DNA from: Candidatus Hydrogenedentota bacterium
GTDB taxonomy: Bacteria > Hydrogenedentota > Hydrogenedentia > Hydrogenedentales > JAEUWI01
Direction of reading: 5' to 3'
DNA length: 64,000 nucleotides
Assembly (NCBI GenBank): GCA_016791475.1
Contig: JAEUWI010000010.1
Coordinates: 20,352 to 84,351 of the forward strand
In this document: in pieces, positions 39,778-49,430 of the stretch
Position numbering within the stretch: the first letter of the stretch is position 1
How the letters are laid out: each line of letters begins with the position of its first letter
Made by a program: the position numbers and the translations under genes
The notes under the pieces: model-generated
Told to the model about the DNA's origin: nothing
Database searches by the model: none
What the model saw: only the letters and a program-made list of their open reading frames with translations

Positions 39778-41097
39778 ATGCGGATTGTCACTTTGCTGCT
39801 CTTGCCGCTCCTCGCCATCGTCGGCACTTCCGCCCAGGAAAACTCCGAGCCCCCGGGCGCCTGGCGCAAGATTCCCCAGCCCTCGCCCGACTCCGCTTCC
39901 GCACTCAGCGGGGCCGACCTCGAAGCCTTGGAGGCCATCGGCTATCTCGGCGGATCGAGCGCGGCACCAGAACAGATCGGCGTCACGGCCTATGACGCCG
40001 CCAAAGCCATGGACGGTTATAACCTCTACATCTCCGGCCACGCACCCGAAGCCTGTCTCGTCGACATGAATGGCGCCATTCTTCACACCTGGCGCTATGA
40101 TGCCGTAGCTCACTATCCGATCAAAGCCAGCCGCAACTACTGGCGGCGCGTGCACCTTGCGGAGAACGGGGATCTCTATGCCGTCTGCGATCCCCACGGC
40201 ATCCTCAAACTCGACAAAGACTCTAGGCTCCTGTGGGCCAGCGACGGCACCGACAACGCTCATCACGATCTTTTTGTCGCGCCTGAGGGCCTGGTCTACA
40301 CCCTCGGCAAGGACATTCGCATCCAGCCCGAGTTTCACCCCACCATCACGCTTATCGACGACACCATTGTGACACTCGATCCCGCCGGCAACACGCAAGC
40401 ACGCTTTTCGATGCTCGGGGCCTTCGCCGCAAGCGCCTGGGGCGAGGCGATCCACGAAAAGGTCCGGAGTCGTCTCGTCGCCAGGACCGACACCCACGCC
40501 GAGAGCTTTCACACCAACACCATCGAAGTTTTTGACGGAGCCCTTGCGGCAATCTCGCCCCTCCTGAAGAAAGGCAACATCCTCTGCTGTTCGCCCCTTC
40601 AGAGCACCGTATGGATCGTCGACGGCGAAACCGGCGCCGTCGTCTGGTCGTGGAGCCACCCCTGGCGCCAGATCCACCAGCCCACCTTTCTTCCGAGTGG
40701 AAACTGGCTCCTCTTTCACAACAGCGCCCGAAAAACGGAAGCGGGGGAGTGGCGCTCCGCCGTGCTGGAGTATGATTTCCCCGCCTGCAACCTCGTCTGG
40801 TCCTACGGCGGCCGGGAGGGCAAACCGGAAACCGAATTCTACTCGGGTACGTCCAGCCTCGCTGATCGCCTGCCCAACGGCAACACACTCATTACCGTGA
40901 GTGAACCCGGCCGCGCCATCGAAGTCACCCGCGACAAGGAAGTCGTCTGGGAGTTCCACAACCCCAGGCGCGCGGGCGAAAACAACGAGTTCATCGCCAC
41001 GCTTTTCCAGTTGGAGCGAATACCCAAAGACTATTGCGCCACCTGGCTGGCGCCCCCGGGCCCTGTCGAGGCCGCACCGCCTTCAGCGACCCCATAA
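39778..41097 (+). CDS. secreted arylsulfotransferase (ASST)-like beta-propeller protein
   Basis: signal peptide MRIVTLLLLPLLAIVGTSAQ; motifs YNLYISGH, HHDLFVAPEGLVY, FHTNTIEVFDG, CCSPLQSTVWIVDGETG resemble Arylsulfotran_2 family (by recollection). Confidence 0.5.
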   Translation: MRIVTLLLLPLLAIVGTSAQENSEPPGAWRKIPQPSPDSASALSGADLEALEAIGYLGGSSAAPEQIGVTAYDAAKAMDGYNLYISGHAPEACLVDMNGAILHTWRYDAVAHYPIKASRNYWRRVHLAENGDLYAVCDPHGILKLDKDSRLLWASDGTDNAHHDLFVAPEGLVYTLGKDIRIQPEFHPTITLIDDTIVTLDPAGNTQARFSMLGAFAASAWGEAIHEKVRSRLVARTDTHAESFHTNTIEVFDGALAAISPLLKKGNILCCSPLQSTVWIVDGETGAVVWSWSHPWRQIHQPTFLPSGNWLLFHNSARKTEAGEWRSAVLEYDFPACNLVWSYGGREGKPETEFYSGTSSLADRLPNGNTLITVSEPGRAIEVTRDKEVVWEFHNPRRAGENNEFIATLFQLERIPKDYCATWLAPPGPVEAAPPSATP

Positions 41098-41286
41098 TCG
41101 CCCCGCACACGTGCGACCCACAAAGTCGGGAGCGCTGACGCGCTTCAGAGGCCGTGAACTTTTCCACAGAAGACGTCGCCAACCGGGAGCGCGGGTTTTA
41201 CTGGCCGCGTATCGTGCGGCGGAGTGGCACGAAGATCACGGAACGGTAGGTGCACATTCCGGATCACCAAGACATTCACCGGCGTC

Positions 41287-42234
41287 TCAGTCGAACAGGC
41301 CAATCTGCTCGGGCGGCCTCGCTTTCTCCAGTTGGGCGGCCTTGAGCAGCGCGGATTTCCGGAGCCCGCCTCGGGCATCGGTCAGGCGAAGGGCGCCCTG
41401 GCGGCCACGGAGCGCGCCATCCCGGCAGGCGCCCCCCCAGTAGAAGACGGGCTTCCCGCCGATCAGGGCCTGTTCCGCCGTGAACATGCTTCCGCCCTTC
41501 TCCCGGGGCTCGATCACGCACACGAGGGCGGAGCACGCGGCGATGGTCCGATTGCGGGTCATGGCGCGATGGGTCTGCCAGCCATCGGTGGGTAGAAATT
41601 CACTGACCAGGAGCACCTGTCCATGCGCCACGCCAGCACGCAATACGGATGGGGGATCGTAGATCTGGAGGCCCTCGGGAAGAATGACGATGGTTGAACC
41701 ATCGGATTTCAATGCGGCTTCGTGGGCCGCGAGATCGACTCCCGCCGCGCCGCCACTCACCACCGGTATGCCTTCGCCCGCGAAAAGATCGGCGGACGCG
41801 GCGGCCAGGCGACCCGCCTCGCGTGTGGGCTTTCGCGTGCCCACGATGCCCGCACCGGGCGATTCGAGCAACGCCTCATTTCCCCGGTAGAAGAGGAGGA
41901 GGGGCGCCTGATCGCCCAGGGCCACCGTGAGAAACGCGGGATACCCCGGCGAGCCTGCCCTTACGAATTCAACGCCGCCGTCTCGGGCGCATTTCAGGAG
42001 CCACTTCGCCTGCGCTGTTTCCCGCTCGCCGCATCGGGTCAGTGCCTCCACCGCGTTTTCTTCTCCGGGCGCGGCGTCGCGGAGCAGTTCCCGGAGGGGG
42101 GCGCCGAACAGGGCGCTCAGCGGACGGCGGAGCCGTGCGGCCAGTCGCAGGGCGCTGTACACGGTCTTTCTGCCCGCGCCGGCGACCAGAGAGAGCGCGA
42201 CCATGTCTTCGGGGGCTGTGGCGTTGTCATGCAT
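41287..42234 (-). CDS. dprA: DNA-processing protein DprA/Smf
   Basis: GIVGTRKPT, VVSGGAAGVDLAAHEAAL, TRNRTIAA Rossmann-like DprA motifs. Confidence 0.85.
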   Translation of the reverse strand: MHDNATAPEDMVALSLVAGAGRKTVYSALRLAARLRRPLSALFGAPLRELLRDAAPGEENAVEALTRCGERETAQAKWLLKCARDGGVEFVRAGSPGYPAFLTVALGDQAPLLLFYRGNEALLESPGAGIVGTRKPTREAGRLAAASADLFAGEGIPVVSGGAAGVDLAAHEAALKSDGSTIVILPEGLQIYDPPSVLRAGVAHGQVLLVSEFLPTDGWQTHRAMTRNRTIAACSALVCVIEPREKGGSMFTAEQALIGGKPVFYWGGACRDGALRGRQGALRLTDARGGLRKSALLKAAQLEKARPPEQIGLFD

Positions 42235-42624
42235 GGGAGGTTGATCCGGGAATACCGCTGGAAGAGTATACGTTGAAAGCGACCGGATCTCGCAATCGCG
42301 GGAACCATCCGGGTGAATTTCTTGGGATTGCGGTTTCGGTTTGCACTACGCCGCACGGCGTAATTGCCTTATTGACGAGCGCAGTTAATGGAATAGCACA
42401 CCTTTTCTGCCCCGGCCGATTCCTGCGTACACTCTCTTCGGCTCCGGTCTTTTCCTGAAGGAAATGGCCCGACGCCGGGCATGAAATGGTCGCGTGCCGT
42501 GTTGTACTCAATGGGAATGGATAATGTCCGGTTTGAAGGCTATACTGCACGGACAATATCTGATGTGGGCCATCAGGCGGCTAGAACGGGATCCAGGGGA
42601 TCCGCAGTGAAAGAGAGGTAGTAC

Positions 42625-44265
42625 ATGAAATCACGTTTACAAATCCATCGTCAGTGTTCCGGGCACTCATCCGCCCGCTTATCGTCCGGCCTGGCGCGGG
42701 GTTGCGCCCTGTTGGCCCTCGGTGCGGCGGCGCTTGCGGCGCACGGCGCGGACGTGTCCTGGACGGGGCCGGAGTTCGGGCAGTGGCACGTGGGGGACAA
42801 CTGGAGTGGGGGCACGGTTCCGGCGCAGGGCGACAATGTCGTTATCAGCAGTGCAAATGTTACGGTGACCGACGTGCGTCAGATCGACGGGAGCTTCACC
42901 CTGAGTGGTGGCGCGCTGTTTACCGTGACCGGGGAAGGGGCCAGCTTTACGGCCACGGGGGCGACGAACATCGACAACGGCCGCCTGAGCGTGGGGGGCG
43001 GCGCCCTCCTCGACTTGTCCCAGGCGACATCCTATGCCTGGGCGGAGTGCGAAGCGGGCCAAATCATTTTCGTGAGCGGTGCGAATTCCGTGCTGGATCT
43101 CTCGGGCGTCGTGTCGTTGTCCGTGGACGTGCCATCCTGTGAAGATGTGGCCGAATCCATATTTGTAAGCACGGGGGGATTGGTGGATTTCGCCTCCCTG
43201 GAGACCATTTCCGCGCCGGGCGAACAGAAGTTTTTCTTCAACCTCGTGCTCGGCGGTGCCCTGTCGGCCCCCAATCTCAAGTCGATCGCGGGAGGTGACG
43301 ATGGCTCTCTGCTGGCGACCTCATTTATCATCGGGGAAGATGTCGATCTGCAATTGCCCGCTCTGGAAAGCCTGTCCAATACGACCATCACGATTGCGGG
43401 CGGTCTCTTTACCGCCGATGCCGTGACGGAGGCCAATTTTTGTCTATTATCCCCCTCGGGTGACAACTCGCTGTCCCTCGACAGCCTGGAAGTCATGAGC
43501 GGCGGCGGACTCACCGTCCCCACGACGGGCCGCCTGACCTTGCCGGAGTTGAATCTCCTGCGCGATACCTTCGTATTGCTGGCCGCAGACTCCGCACTGA
43601 CCGTCCCCAAGCTGGCGGTGGTCGAGGGGACGACCGAGCCCACGTCCTTCGCGGGGGCGGGCGTTATTTCGCTGGACGCGCCCCTGCTGACTTCGGCGCG
43701 CAATGTGGCCTTCGTCGTGACCAGCGTGGCCGGTGAGGCGTCGGTGCTGGATCTTTCCGCACTCCGCACCTACACCTGGGACATTTGCGAAGGGGGCGTT
43801 CCCTTTACCGCGGGCGGTTCCGGTGCGCTTCTCGATGTCTCCGGATTGCAGACCTATTCCGTGACCAACGCCGGATGTCTCGGGCTGGGGTATGTGACGG
43901 GTGCGACGGGCGGGTCGGAAATTGACCTGTCGGGGCTCACAACCATTACAGCGCCGCTCGGCCAGTTCGTGAGTTTTCTCGCCGGCGGTACCGGGACGGT
44001 TATCGACCTTTCGTCGCTGGTGAACTTCAATCCCGCCACGGTGACCTTTCTGGAGAATGACAATGGCCGGATCATCCGCAACACCGGCGGCGAGGGCGAA
44101 GGTGAGGGCGAGGGTGAAGGAAAAGCGCCGGGATGCGGAGTGGCGAGTGGTGACGGCGACTTTGGAGCCTGGGGGGCCGGGGACACTCTGCTGGTGCTCG
44201 GCCTGCTGGGCGCTATCGGTCTGGGTGGACGCCGCCGCTCCGCACAGGTGAACCGTGACCGGTAA
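42625..44265 (+). CDS. secreted repetitive beta-rich protein with (GE)6 linker and PEP-CTERM-like C-terminal TM + RRR anchor
   Basis: signal peptide; degenerate internal repeats; C-terminus GGEGEGEGEGEGKAPGCG...TLLVLGLLGAIGLGGRRRS. Confidence 0.6.
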   Translation: MKSRLQIHRQCSGHSSARLSSGLARGCALLALGAAALAAHGADVSWTGPEFGQWHVGDNWSGGTVPAQGDNVVISSANVTVTDVRQIDGSFTLSGGALFTVTGEGASFTATGATNIDNGRLSVGGGALLDLSQATSYAWAECEAGQIIFVSGANSVLDLSGVVSLSVDVPSCEDVAESIFVSTGGLVDFASLETISAPGEQKFFFNLVLGGALSAPNLKSIAGGDDGSLLATSFIIGEDVDLQLPALESLSNTTITIAGGLFTADAVTEANFCLLSPSGDNSLSLDSLEVMSGGGLTVPTTGRLTLPELNLLRDTFVLLAADSALTVPKLAVVEGTTEPTSFAGAGVISLDAPLLTSARNVAFVVTSVAGEASVLDLSALRTYTWDICEGGVPFTAGGSGALLDVSGLQTYSVTNAGCLGLGYVTGATGGSEIDLSGLTTITAPLGQFVSFLAGGTGTVIDLSSLVNFNPATVTFLENDNGRIIRNTGGEGEGEGEGEGKAPGCGVASGDGDFGAWGAGDTLLVLGLLGAIGLGGRRRSAQVNRDR

Positions 44266-44298
44266 TCTGGGACGGCGGTAGCCCCGGGGTATTAAGAA

Positions 44299-44338
44299 GG
44301 CCCCCGCGCGGAACGTGCATCCGCGCGGGGGCTTATTT
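44299..44338 (+). terminator. Rho-independent terminator
   Basis: GGCCCCCGCGCGGA-loop-TCCGCGCGGGGGC then TTATTTG. Confidence 0.7.
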
Positions 44339-44382
44339 GCGTCTGGGGTAATGGGTCGTATGGGGCCCGTCTGCTGACTCGG

Positions 44383-44407
44383 GCCTGAAGCCTGAAGCCT
44401 GAAGCCT
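44383..44407. repeat. (GCCTGAA)3.6 heptanucleotide microsatellite
   Basis: seen directly, between convergent genes. Confidence 0.6.
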
Positions 44408-45822
44408 CACCACGGCGCGCCGATCAAATACTCCAGGATGGCCGCGGCCTGATGCTTGTCTTTCGCGGCGCGCAGGTGTTCGAGTTTGAATTCCATAACA
44501 TTGCGCATGCTTTCCAGCATCTCCAGTATGGAAACCATCTCGCTGCCGGAAGCATATTCGGCCTGCAAGCCTTCCAGGATGGTCTCTTCGCGCTTGAGCA
44601 GATCTTCGCCATAGAGCGCCATGCGCCGGGTGGCGTCATTCCACTGAAATGAATTCTCCCTTGCCTCGGTGGCGAGCATGCGCTGTTCATCCTCCTGGTG
44701 CCAGCGGGTGGCGTTGGCCATGTGTTCCTTCTCGGCAACGCCCGCCCTGATCTTCTTCTTCCATATCGGCAGGTTGATGCCTATCGAGACGGTCAGCTCG
44801 TCGGTCACGCCCCGTTCAGTTTCCTTGAACTTGAAGGTCTCATACAGGTCGATTGCGGTCCCGCCCGTGAACTCTTCGTGACCGGCGGCAATCATGCCGA
44901 GGTCCCGGTAAGTCTGAAGTCGGCCGGGCTCGAAGGGGTCGGTTCGGGCCGCACGCATGTTGCGATCGAGCGCGTAGTCGACGCCGATCGTGATGTCGGG
45001 GTACTTCATCCGCCGCGCCAACTCCACGTCCTTTTCCTCCGCATCGAGGGTATGATCGAACATGCGCAGGGATGGGTTGTTGCTCTTGATGGCGGCTTCG
45101 AGAGATTCCTGGGTGGGCGGCTCCGGGGGGAACTCGGCGGCCTGGGGCGCGGCGATGGGCGCGTCCTGGGGACGGTTCAACGCCGCATTCAGCGCGGCAC
45201 GGCTCGCGGGCTCCATCTGTTCCAGCTCGCTTCGCATATTGTTCATCTTCGCCAACTCCTGCTCCATCCGGAGCACTTCGGCCTCGGATGACCAGCCGGA
45301 CTCATACTGCGCGCGGGCCACCTCGACGGACTCCGCCATGATGCCCGCCTGATGACCCACCAACTTAAGCTCTTCCATCAGGAAGGCGTAGTCAAAGTAG
45401 GCCATCTTCACTTCGCGAAACACCGCGTTGCGCTGTTCGTGCAGGTGGGCCAGCCAATACTCGGCTTCGGCGGCGGCCTTTTCCTTCCGCACCGCTCGGG
45501 TGCCGAACCAGGGAAATTTCTGCTCCAGATCCACCATGAAATAGCTCTCGTCGGTGACGATGAACTGAGTGTAGGTGAACATGGGATCTTCCAGCGCGCC
45601 CGCCTGGGGGATTCGCTCCAGCGCCGCGCGCCAGTCTTCGTAGTGCGCCTTGAGGAGCGGGTGGTTCTCCGCTGCTTCCAGCAGATAACCCCGGAGTTCC
45701 TCATTGCCGGCGAAAAACGCGGGCGCTTCCTCCGGTGATGCTTCGTCGGCGCGGGGAGCATCTGACCAGCCCGCCGCCAATACGGCGATCATCAACAGAG
45801 AGACGAGTTTTAGGTTGCTCAT
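44407..45822 (-). CDS. TolC-family outer membrane efflux protein (CusC/CzcC-like)
   Basis: signal peptide, two-repeat OEP architecture, ATGA-coupled to RND gene. Confidence 0.75.
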   Translation of the reverse strand: MSNLKLVSLLMIAVLAAGWSDAPRADEASPEEAPAFFAGNEELRGYLLEAAENHPLLKAHYEDWRAALERIPQAGALEDPMFTYTQFIVTDESYFMVDLEQKFPWFGTRAVRKEKAAAEAEYWLAHLHEQRNAVFREVKMAYFDYAFLMEELKLVGHQAGIMAESVEVARAQYESGWSSEAEVLRMEQELAKMNNMRSELEQMEPASRAALNAALNRPQDAPIAAPQAAEFPPEPPTQESLEAAIKSNNPSLRMFDHTLDAEEKDVELARRMKYPDITIGVDYALDRNMRAARTDPFEPGRLQTYRDLGMIAAGHEEFTGGTAIDLYETFKFKETERGVTDELTVSIGINLPIWKKKIRAGVAEKEHMANATRWHQEDEQRMLATEARENSFQWNDATRRMALYGEDLLKREETILEGLQAEYASGSEMVSILEMLESMRNVMEFKLEHLRAAKDKHQAAAILEYLIGAPW

Positions 45823-48800
45823 GGGGCCTCCGTCCTTTCTTCGTTCCAGTGATGACGCTGGCTGATGGACATGTAGATGTAGTAGATGACGGGGTAGAAG
45901 ACGAGTTCGATCAGGAAGCCCACAAGAAGGCCGCCAATCATGGGCGCGGCAATGCGGCGCATCACATCGGCGCCGGTGCCTTCGGCCCAGAGCAGCGGAA
46001 CCAGACCGATAAAGGCCGACGCGACGGTCATGGCTTTGGGCCGTATGCGCATGACCGCGCCGTCATAGACCGCGGCCCAGAGATCTTCGCTGTTGCGCAT
46101 GCGCCCTTCCTGCTTGAAACGTTCGAAACTGGTGTCCAGGTAGAGGAGCATGACCATGCCTGTTTCCGCGTCGAGACCGGCGAGGGCGATGATCCCAATG
46201 ACCACGGCGAGGGACAGGTTGTAATCCAGCGCATAGAGGAACCAGAAGACGCCGATCATGCTGAAGGGACATGCCAGGACGATAACAGCCACACGGAACC
46301 AGCTTCGTGAACTTACATACAGCAGCAGTGTGATGATGACGAAGGTGGCCACGGTGGCGGCAAGCAGCCGGGGTATGGCCTTCTCCCAGAACTCAAACTG
46401 GCCGGAGAATACAAGGGTGTAACCCGGAGGCAGTTTCATCTCGCGGGCGACCACCTCGCGCGCTTCGGCAATGTAGCCGCCCAGATCGCGCCCCGCCACG
46501 TCCACATAGATCCAGGCGGTGCGCTGGGCGTTCTCGCTCCGGATCATGGGGGCTCCGGGGTTAATCTGCATTTTCGCCAGTTGGCCCAGGGGGATCTGGG
46601 CGCCCGTGGGCGCGGGCACAAGCAGCCGCTCGAGGGCGGGCAGGTCATCGCGTAATTCGCGGGCGTAACGCAGGTTGAGGGGGTAACGCTCCAGACCCTC
46701 CACCGTCGTGGTAATGTTCATGCCGCCGATGGCCGTCTGGATCACGTCCTGCACATCGCCCACGGTCAAGCCGTGGCGCGCCACCACTTCCCGATCGATA
46801 TCGAAATCGAGATAGTAGCCGCCGAGCGTGCGCTCCGCGTAGGCGCTGGTGGTTCCGGGTATATTGCGAACGGCGTTGGCGGCCTGCTCCGCGAGGTCGC
46901 CGAGGACCTGCAAATCGGGCCCCATGATCTTGATACCCACGGGCGTCTTGATGCCGGTGGCCAGCATGTTTATCCGGTTCTCGATGGGGTAGGGCCACGC
47001 ATTGGCCACACCGGGCAACGAAGTGGCGGCGTTCAGTCCGGCGTGTTGCGTACCGTCCGCGTCGATCCATCCGTACTTCAACTCCTCCATCGTGATGGGG
47101 CGTTCGCTGGGCCAGAATCGATAAAATGGCTTGCGGAGGATCTCGGGCCAGCCGTCATGAAACTGGTTCAGGGTGCGCTTGCGCCAGGCTTCGCGATCGG
47201 GGTTGAGCTGCACCACGGTTTCGATCATGGAAAGGGGCGCGGGGTCCGTGGCCGAGTCCGCGCGGCCGATCTTCCCGTGGACGGAGACAACTTCGGGAAA
47301 GGTCATGATCATCTTGTCGGTCTGCTGCAGCAGTTCCCGGCTTTTCATGACGCTGATGCTCGGGTCGGTGGTGGGCATGTAGAGCAGATCACCCTCGTCC
47401 AGAGACGGCATGAATTCGGACCCGATTCGGGTCATGGGATACCACGTGGAGGCCAGGGCGATGAAGGCGATGATCACCACGCTCCACCGATAGCGAACCG
47501 AGAAGTGGAACAGGGGACTGTACATGCGCTGGAGTATGTTGCTGATGGGGCTGTGCTGCTCGTGGATGATGCGCTGGGGGACCAGAAGCATGCCGGCAAG
47601 CACGGCCCAGCCTATGGCGATGTGGAGCCGCCACGGCGCGAATTCTTCGGAGTAGCCCGCTGCGAGCCACAACATGCCGCCCGGCACGAACATGGCCGAG
47701 AGGGTGATGGCCAGATTGCGGCGCCAGCCCCATTCTTTGGGCAGGACACGCGCGGAAATGAAGTAGTACATGAGCACGGGGATGATCGTGATGCTCAGGA
47801 TCGAAGCGGCGGCCATGGCGGCTGTCTTGGTGAAAGCCAGGGGATGGAAGAGTCTTCCCGCTTCTCCGCCGAGGGCAAAGACGGGGATAAAGCTCACGGT
47901 GATGATGAGGAGCGAAAAGAAGAGCTGGGGGCCCACTTCCTGGGCCGCTTCGAGAATGATGTCGAATCCCGGCCTCGGGGCTTCGCCGCGCTTGACCGCG
48001 TCTTCATCCCGATCCAGATGCTTGTGGCCATTCTCCACCATGACCACGGCGGAGTCCACGACCACGCCGATGGCGATGGCGATGCCGCCAAGGGACATGA
48101 TGTTGGCGTTGATGCCGCAAAGGTGCATGATAAGGAGTGCAACCAGAACGCTGGAGGGCACGACGAATACGGCCACCAGTTCACTGCGGGCGTGGAGCAG
48201 GAAAAGGATGCACACCAGCCCCACCACAATGATTTCTTCGATCAGCGTGCGTTGGAGCGTCTGAATGGAGCGGTTGATCAGCGCGGAGCGATCATAGGTG
48301 GGGATCACTTTGACGCCGGGCGGCAGACCGTCTTCCAATTCAAAGAGACGATGTTTTACGTCCTTGATCACCTGGTACGCATTCTCACCGAAGCGCGCGA
48401 CGATCACCGCGCCGGCGGCCTCGCCGATGCCGTTGAACTCGCCCACGCCGCGCCGGGCTTCACCACCCACCTGAAGCGTGGCCACGTCGCCCAGGAGCAC
48501 AGGAACACCGCCCTCGCCGAGGCCTACGGGCACTTTGGCGAGATCGTCGAGGCCCTTGAGGTAGCCGCGGCTGCGCACCATATACTCGTTTTCACTCAGC
48601 TCGACCACGGAACCGCCCACATCGTTGTTGGACATTTCAATGGCTTCGCTGATTTCGCCGAGGGGGATGTTATAGGCCTGGAGCTTCTGCGGATCGAGCA
48701 CGACCTGGTATTGGCGCACATAGCCGCCAATGGGCGCGACTTCGGACACGCCATCCACCGCCGTCAGGGGGTAGCGGAGATACCAGTCCTGAAGGCTCCG

Positions 48801-49430
48801 GAGCTGCGCGAGATCCTGATTGGCGGGAAGCAGTTCCTTGCCCGTGATCGGGCACGTTCCGGGCTCTTCGAAGGCGCGGACGCGTTCCAGGAGTTTCTTT
48901 CGGTCCGCCGGTGCCTTCTCCGGGTCGGCGTACCACGTGTTTTGTTCCTTATCGTGCCAGAGACCGGCGGGATGGTCCGGGGAGTAGTAGCCTGGATAGA
49001 GCACATACTGGTAAACCCAGCCCACGCCCGTCGCATCAGGCCCCAGCTTGGGCTCCACGCCTTCCGGCAGGCGATCCCGCGCGAAGTTCAGGTATTCCAG
49101 CACGCGGCTTCGGGCCCAGTAGATGTCGGTGCCGTCTTCAAAGAGCACATAGACGAAGGACTGCTCGAACATGCTGAAGCCGCGCACGGCGGTGGATCCG
49201 GGCACGGACAGCATGGCGCTGGCCAGTGGATAGGTGACCTGATCGTCCACCACTTGGGGATTTTGTCCGGGGAATTCCGTCGTGACGATGACCTGCACGT
49301 CGGATAGATCGGGGATCGCGTCCAGACTCAGGTTGAAGACACTCCAAATGCTCATGGCCACCAGCGCCGCGGTCAGCATGGCGACAAGGAGGCGATTCTC
49401 CATGGAAAGTCGGATGATATGGGCGATCAT
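45819..49430 (-). CDS. CusA/CzcA-family heavy-metal efflux RND transporter
   Basis: MIAHIIRLSMENRLLV...LDAIPDLSDVQVIVTTEFPGQ HME-RND N-terminus; ~1200 aa, 12 TM; start at internal ATG giving ATGA overlap with MFP gene. Confidence 0.88.
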   Translation of the reverse strand: MIAHIIRLSMENRLLVAMLTAALVAMSIWSVFNLSLDAIPDLSDVQVIVTTEFPGQNPQVVDDQVTYPLASAMLSVPGSTAVRGFSMFEQSFVYVLFEDGTDIYWARSRVLEYLNFARDRLPEGVEPKLGPDATGVGWVYQYVLYPGYYSPDHPAGLWHDKEQNTWYADPEKAPADRKKLLERVRAFEEPGTCPITGKELLPANQDLAQLRSLQDWYLRYPLTAVDGVSEVAPIGGYVRQYQVVLDPQKLQAYNIPLGEISEAIEMSNNDVGGSVVELSENEYMVRSRGYLKGLDDLAKVPVGLGEGGVPVLLGDVATLQVGGEARRGVGEFNGIGEAAGAVIVARFGENAYQVIKDVKHRLFELEDGLPPGVKVIPTYDRSALINRSIQTLQRTLIEEIIVVGLVCILFLLHARSELVAVFVVPSSVLVALLIMHLCGINANIMSLGGIAIAIGVVVDSAVVMVENGHKHLDRDEDAVKRGEAPRPGFDIILEAAQEVGPQLFFSLLIITVSFIPVFALGGEAGRLFHPLAFTKTAAMAAASILSITIIPVLMYYFISARVLPKEWGWRRNLAITLSAMFVPGGMLWLAAGYSEEFAPWRLHIAIGWAVLAGMLLVPQRIIHEQHSPISNILQRMYSPLFHFSVRYRWSVVIIAFIALASTWYPMTRIGSEFMPSLDEGDLLYMPTTDPSISVMKSRELLQQTDKMIMTFPEVVSVHGKIGRADSATDPAPLSMIETVVQLNPDREAWRKRTLNQFHDGWPEILRKPFYRFWPSERPITMEELKYGWIDADGTQHAGLNAATSLPGVANAWPYPIENRINMLATGIKTPVGIKIMGPDLQVLGDLAEQAANAVRNIPGTTSAYAERTLGGYYLDFDIDREVVARHGLTVGDVQDVIQTAIGGMNITTTVEGLERYPLNLRYARELRDDLPALERLLVPAPTGAQIPLGQLAKMQINPGAPMIRSENAQRTAWIYVDVAGRDLGGYIAEAREVVAREMKLPPGYTLVFSGQFEFWEKAIPRLLAATVATFVIITLLLYVSSRSWFRVAVIVLACPFSMIGVFWFLYALDYNLSLAVVIGIIALAGLDAETGMVMLLYLDTSFERFKQEGRMRNSEDLWAAVYDGAVMRIRPKAMTVASAFIGLVPLLWAEGTGADVMRRIAAPMIGGLLVGFLIELVFYPVIYYIYMSISQRHHWNEERTEAP

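Noticed and set aside
44095-44135. (GGCGAG)n-like DNA repeat
   Set aside because: It is simply the coding sequence of the (Gly-Glu)6 linker of the secreted protein, not an independent DNA element.
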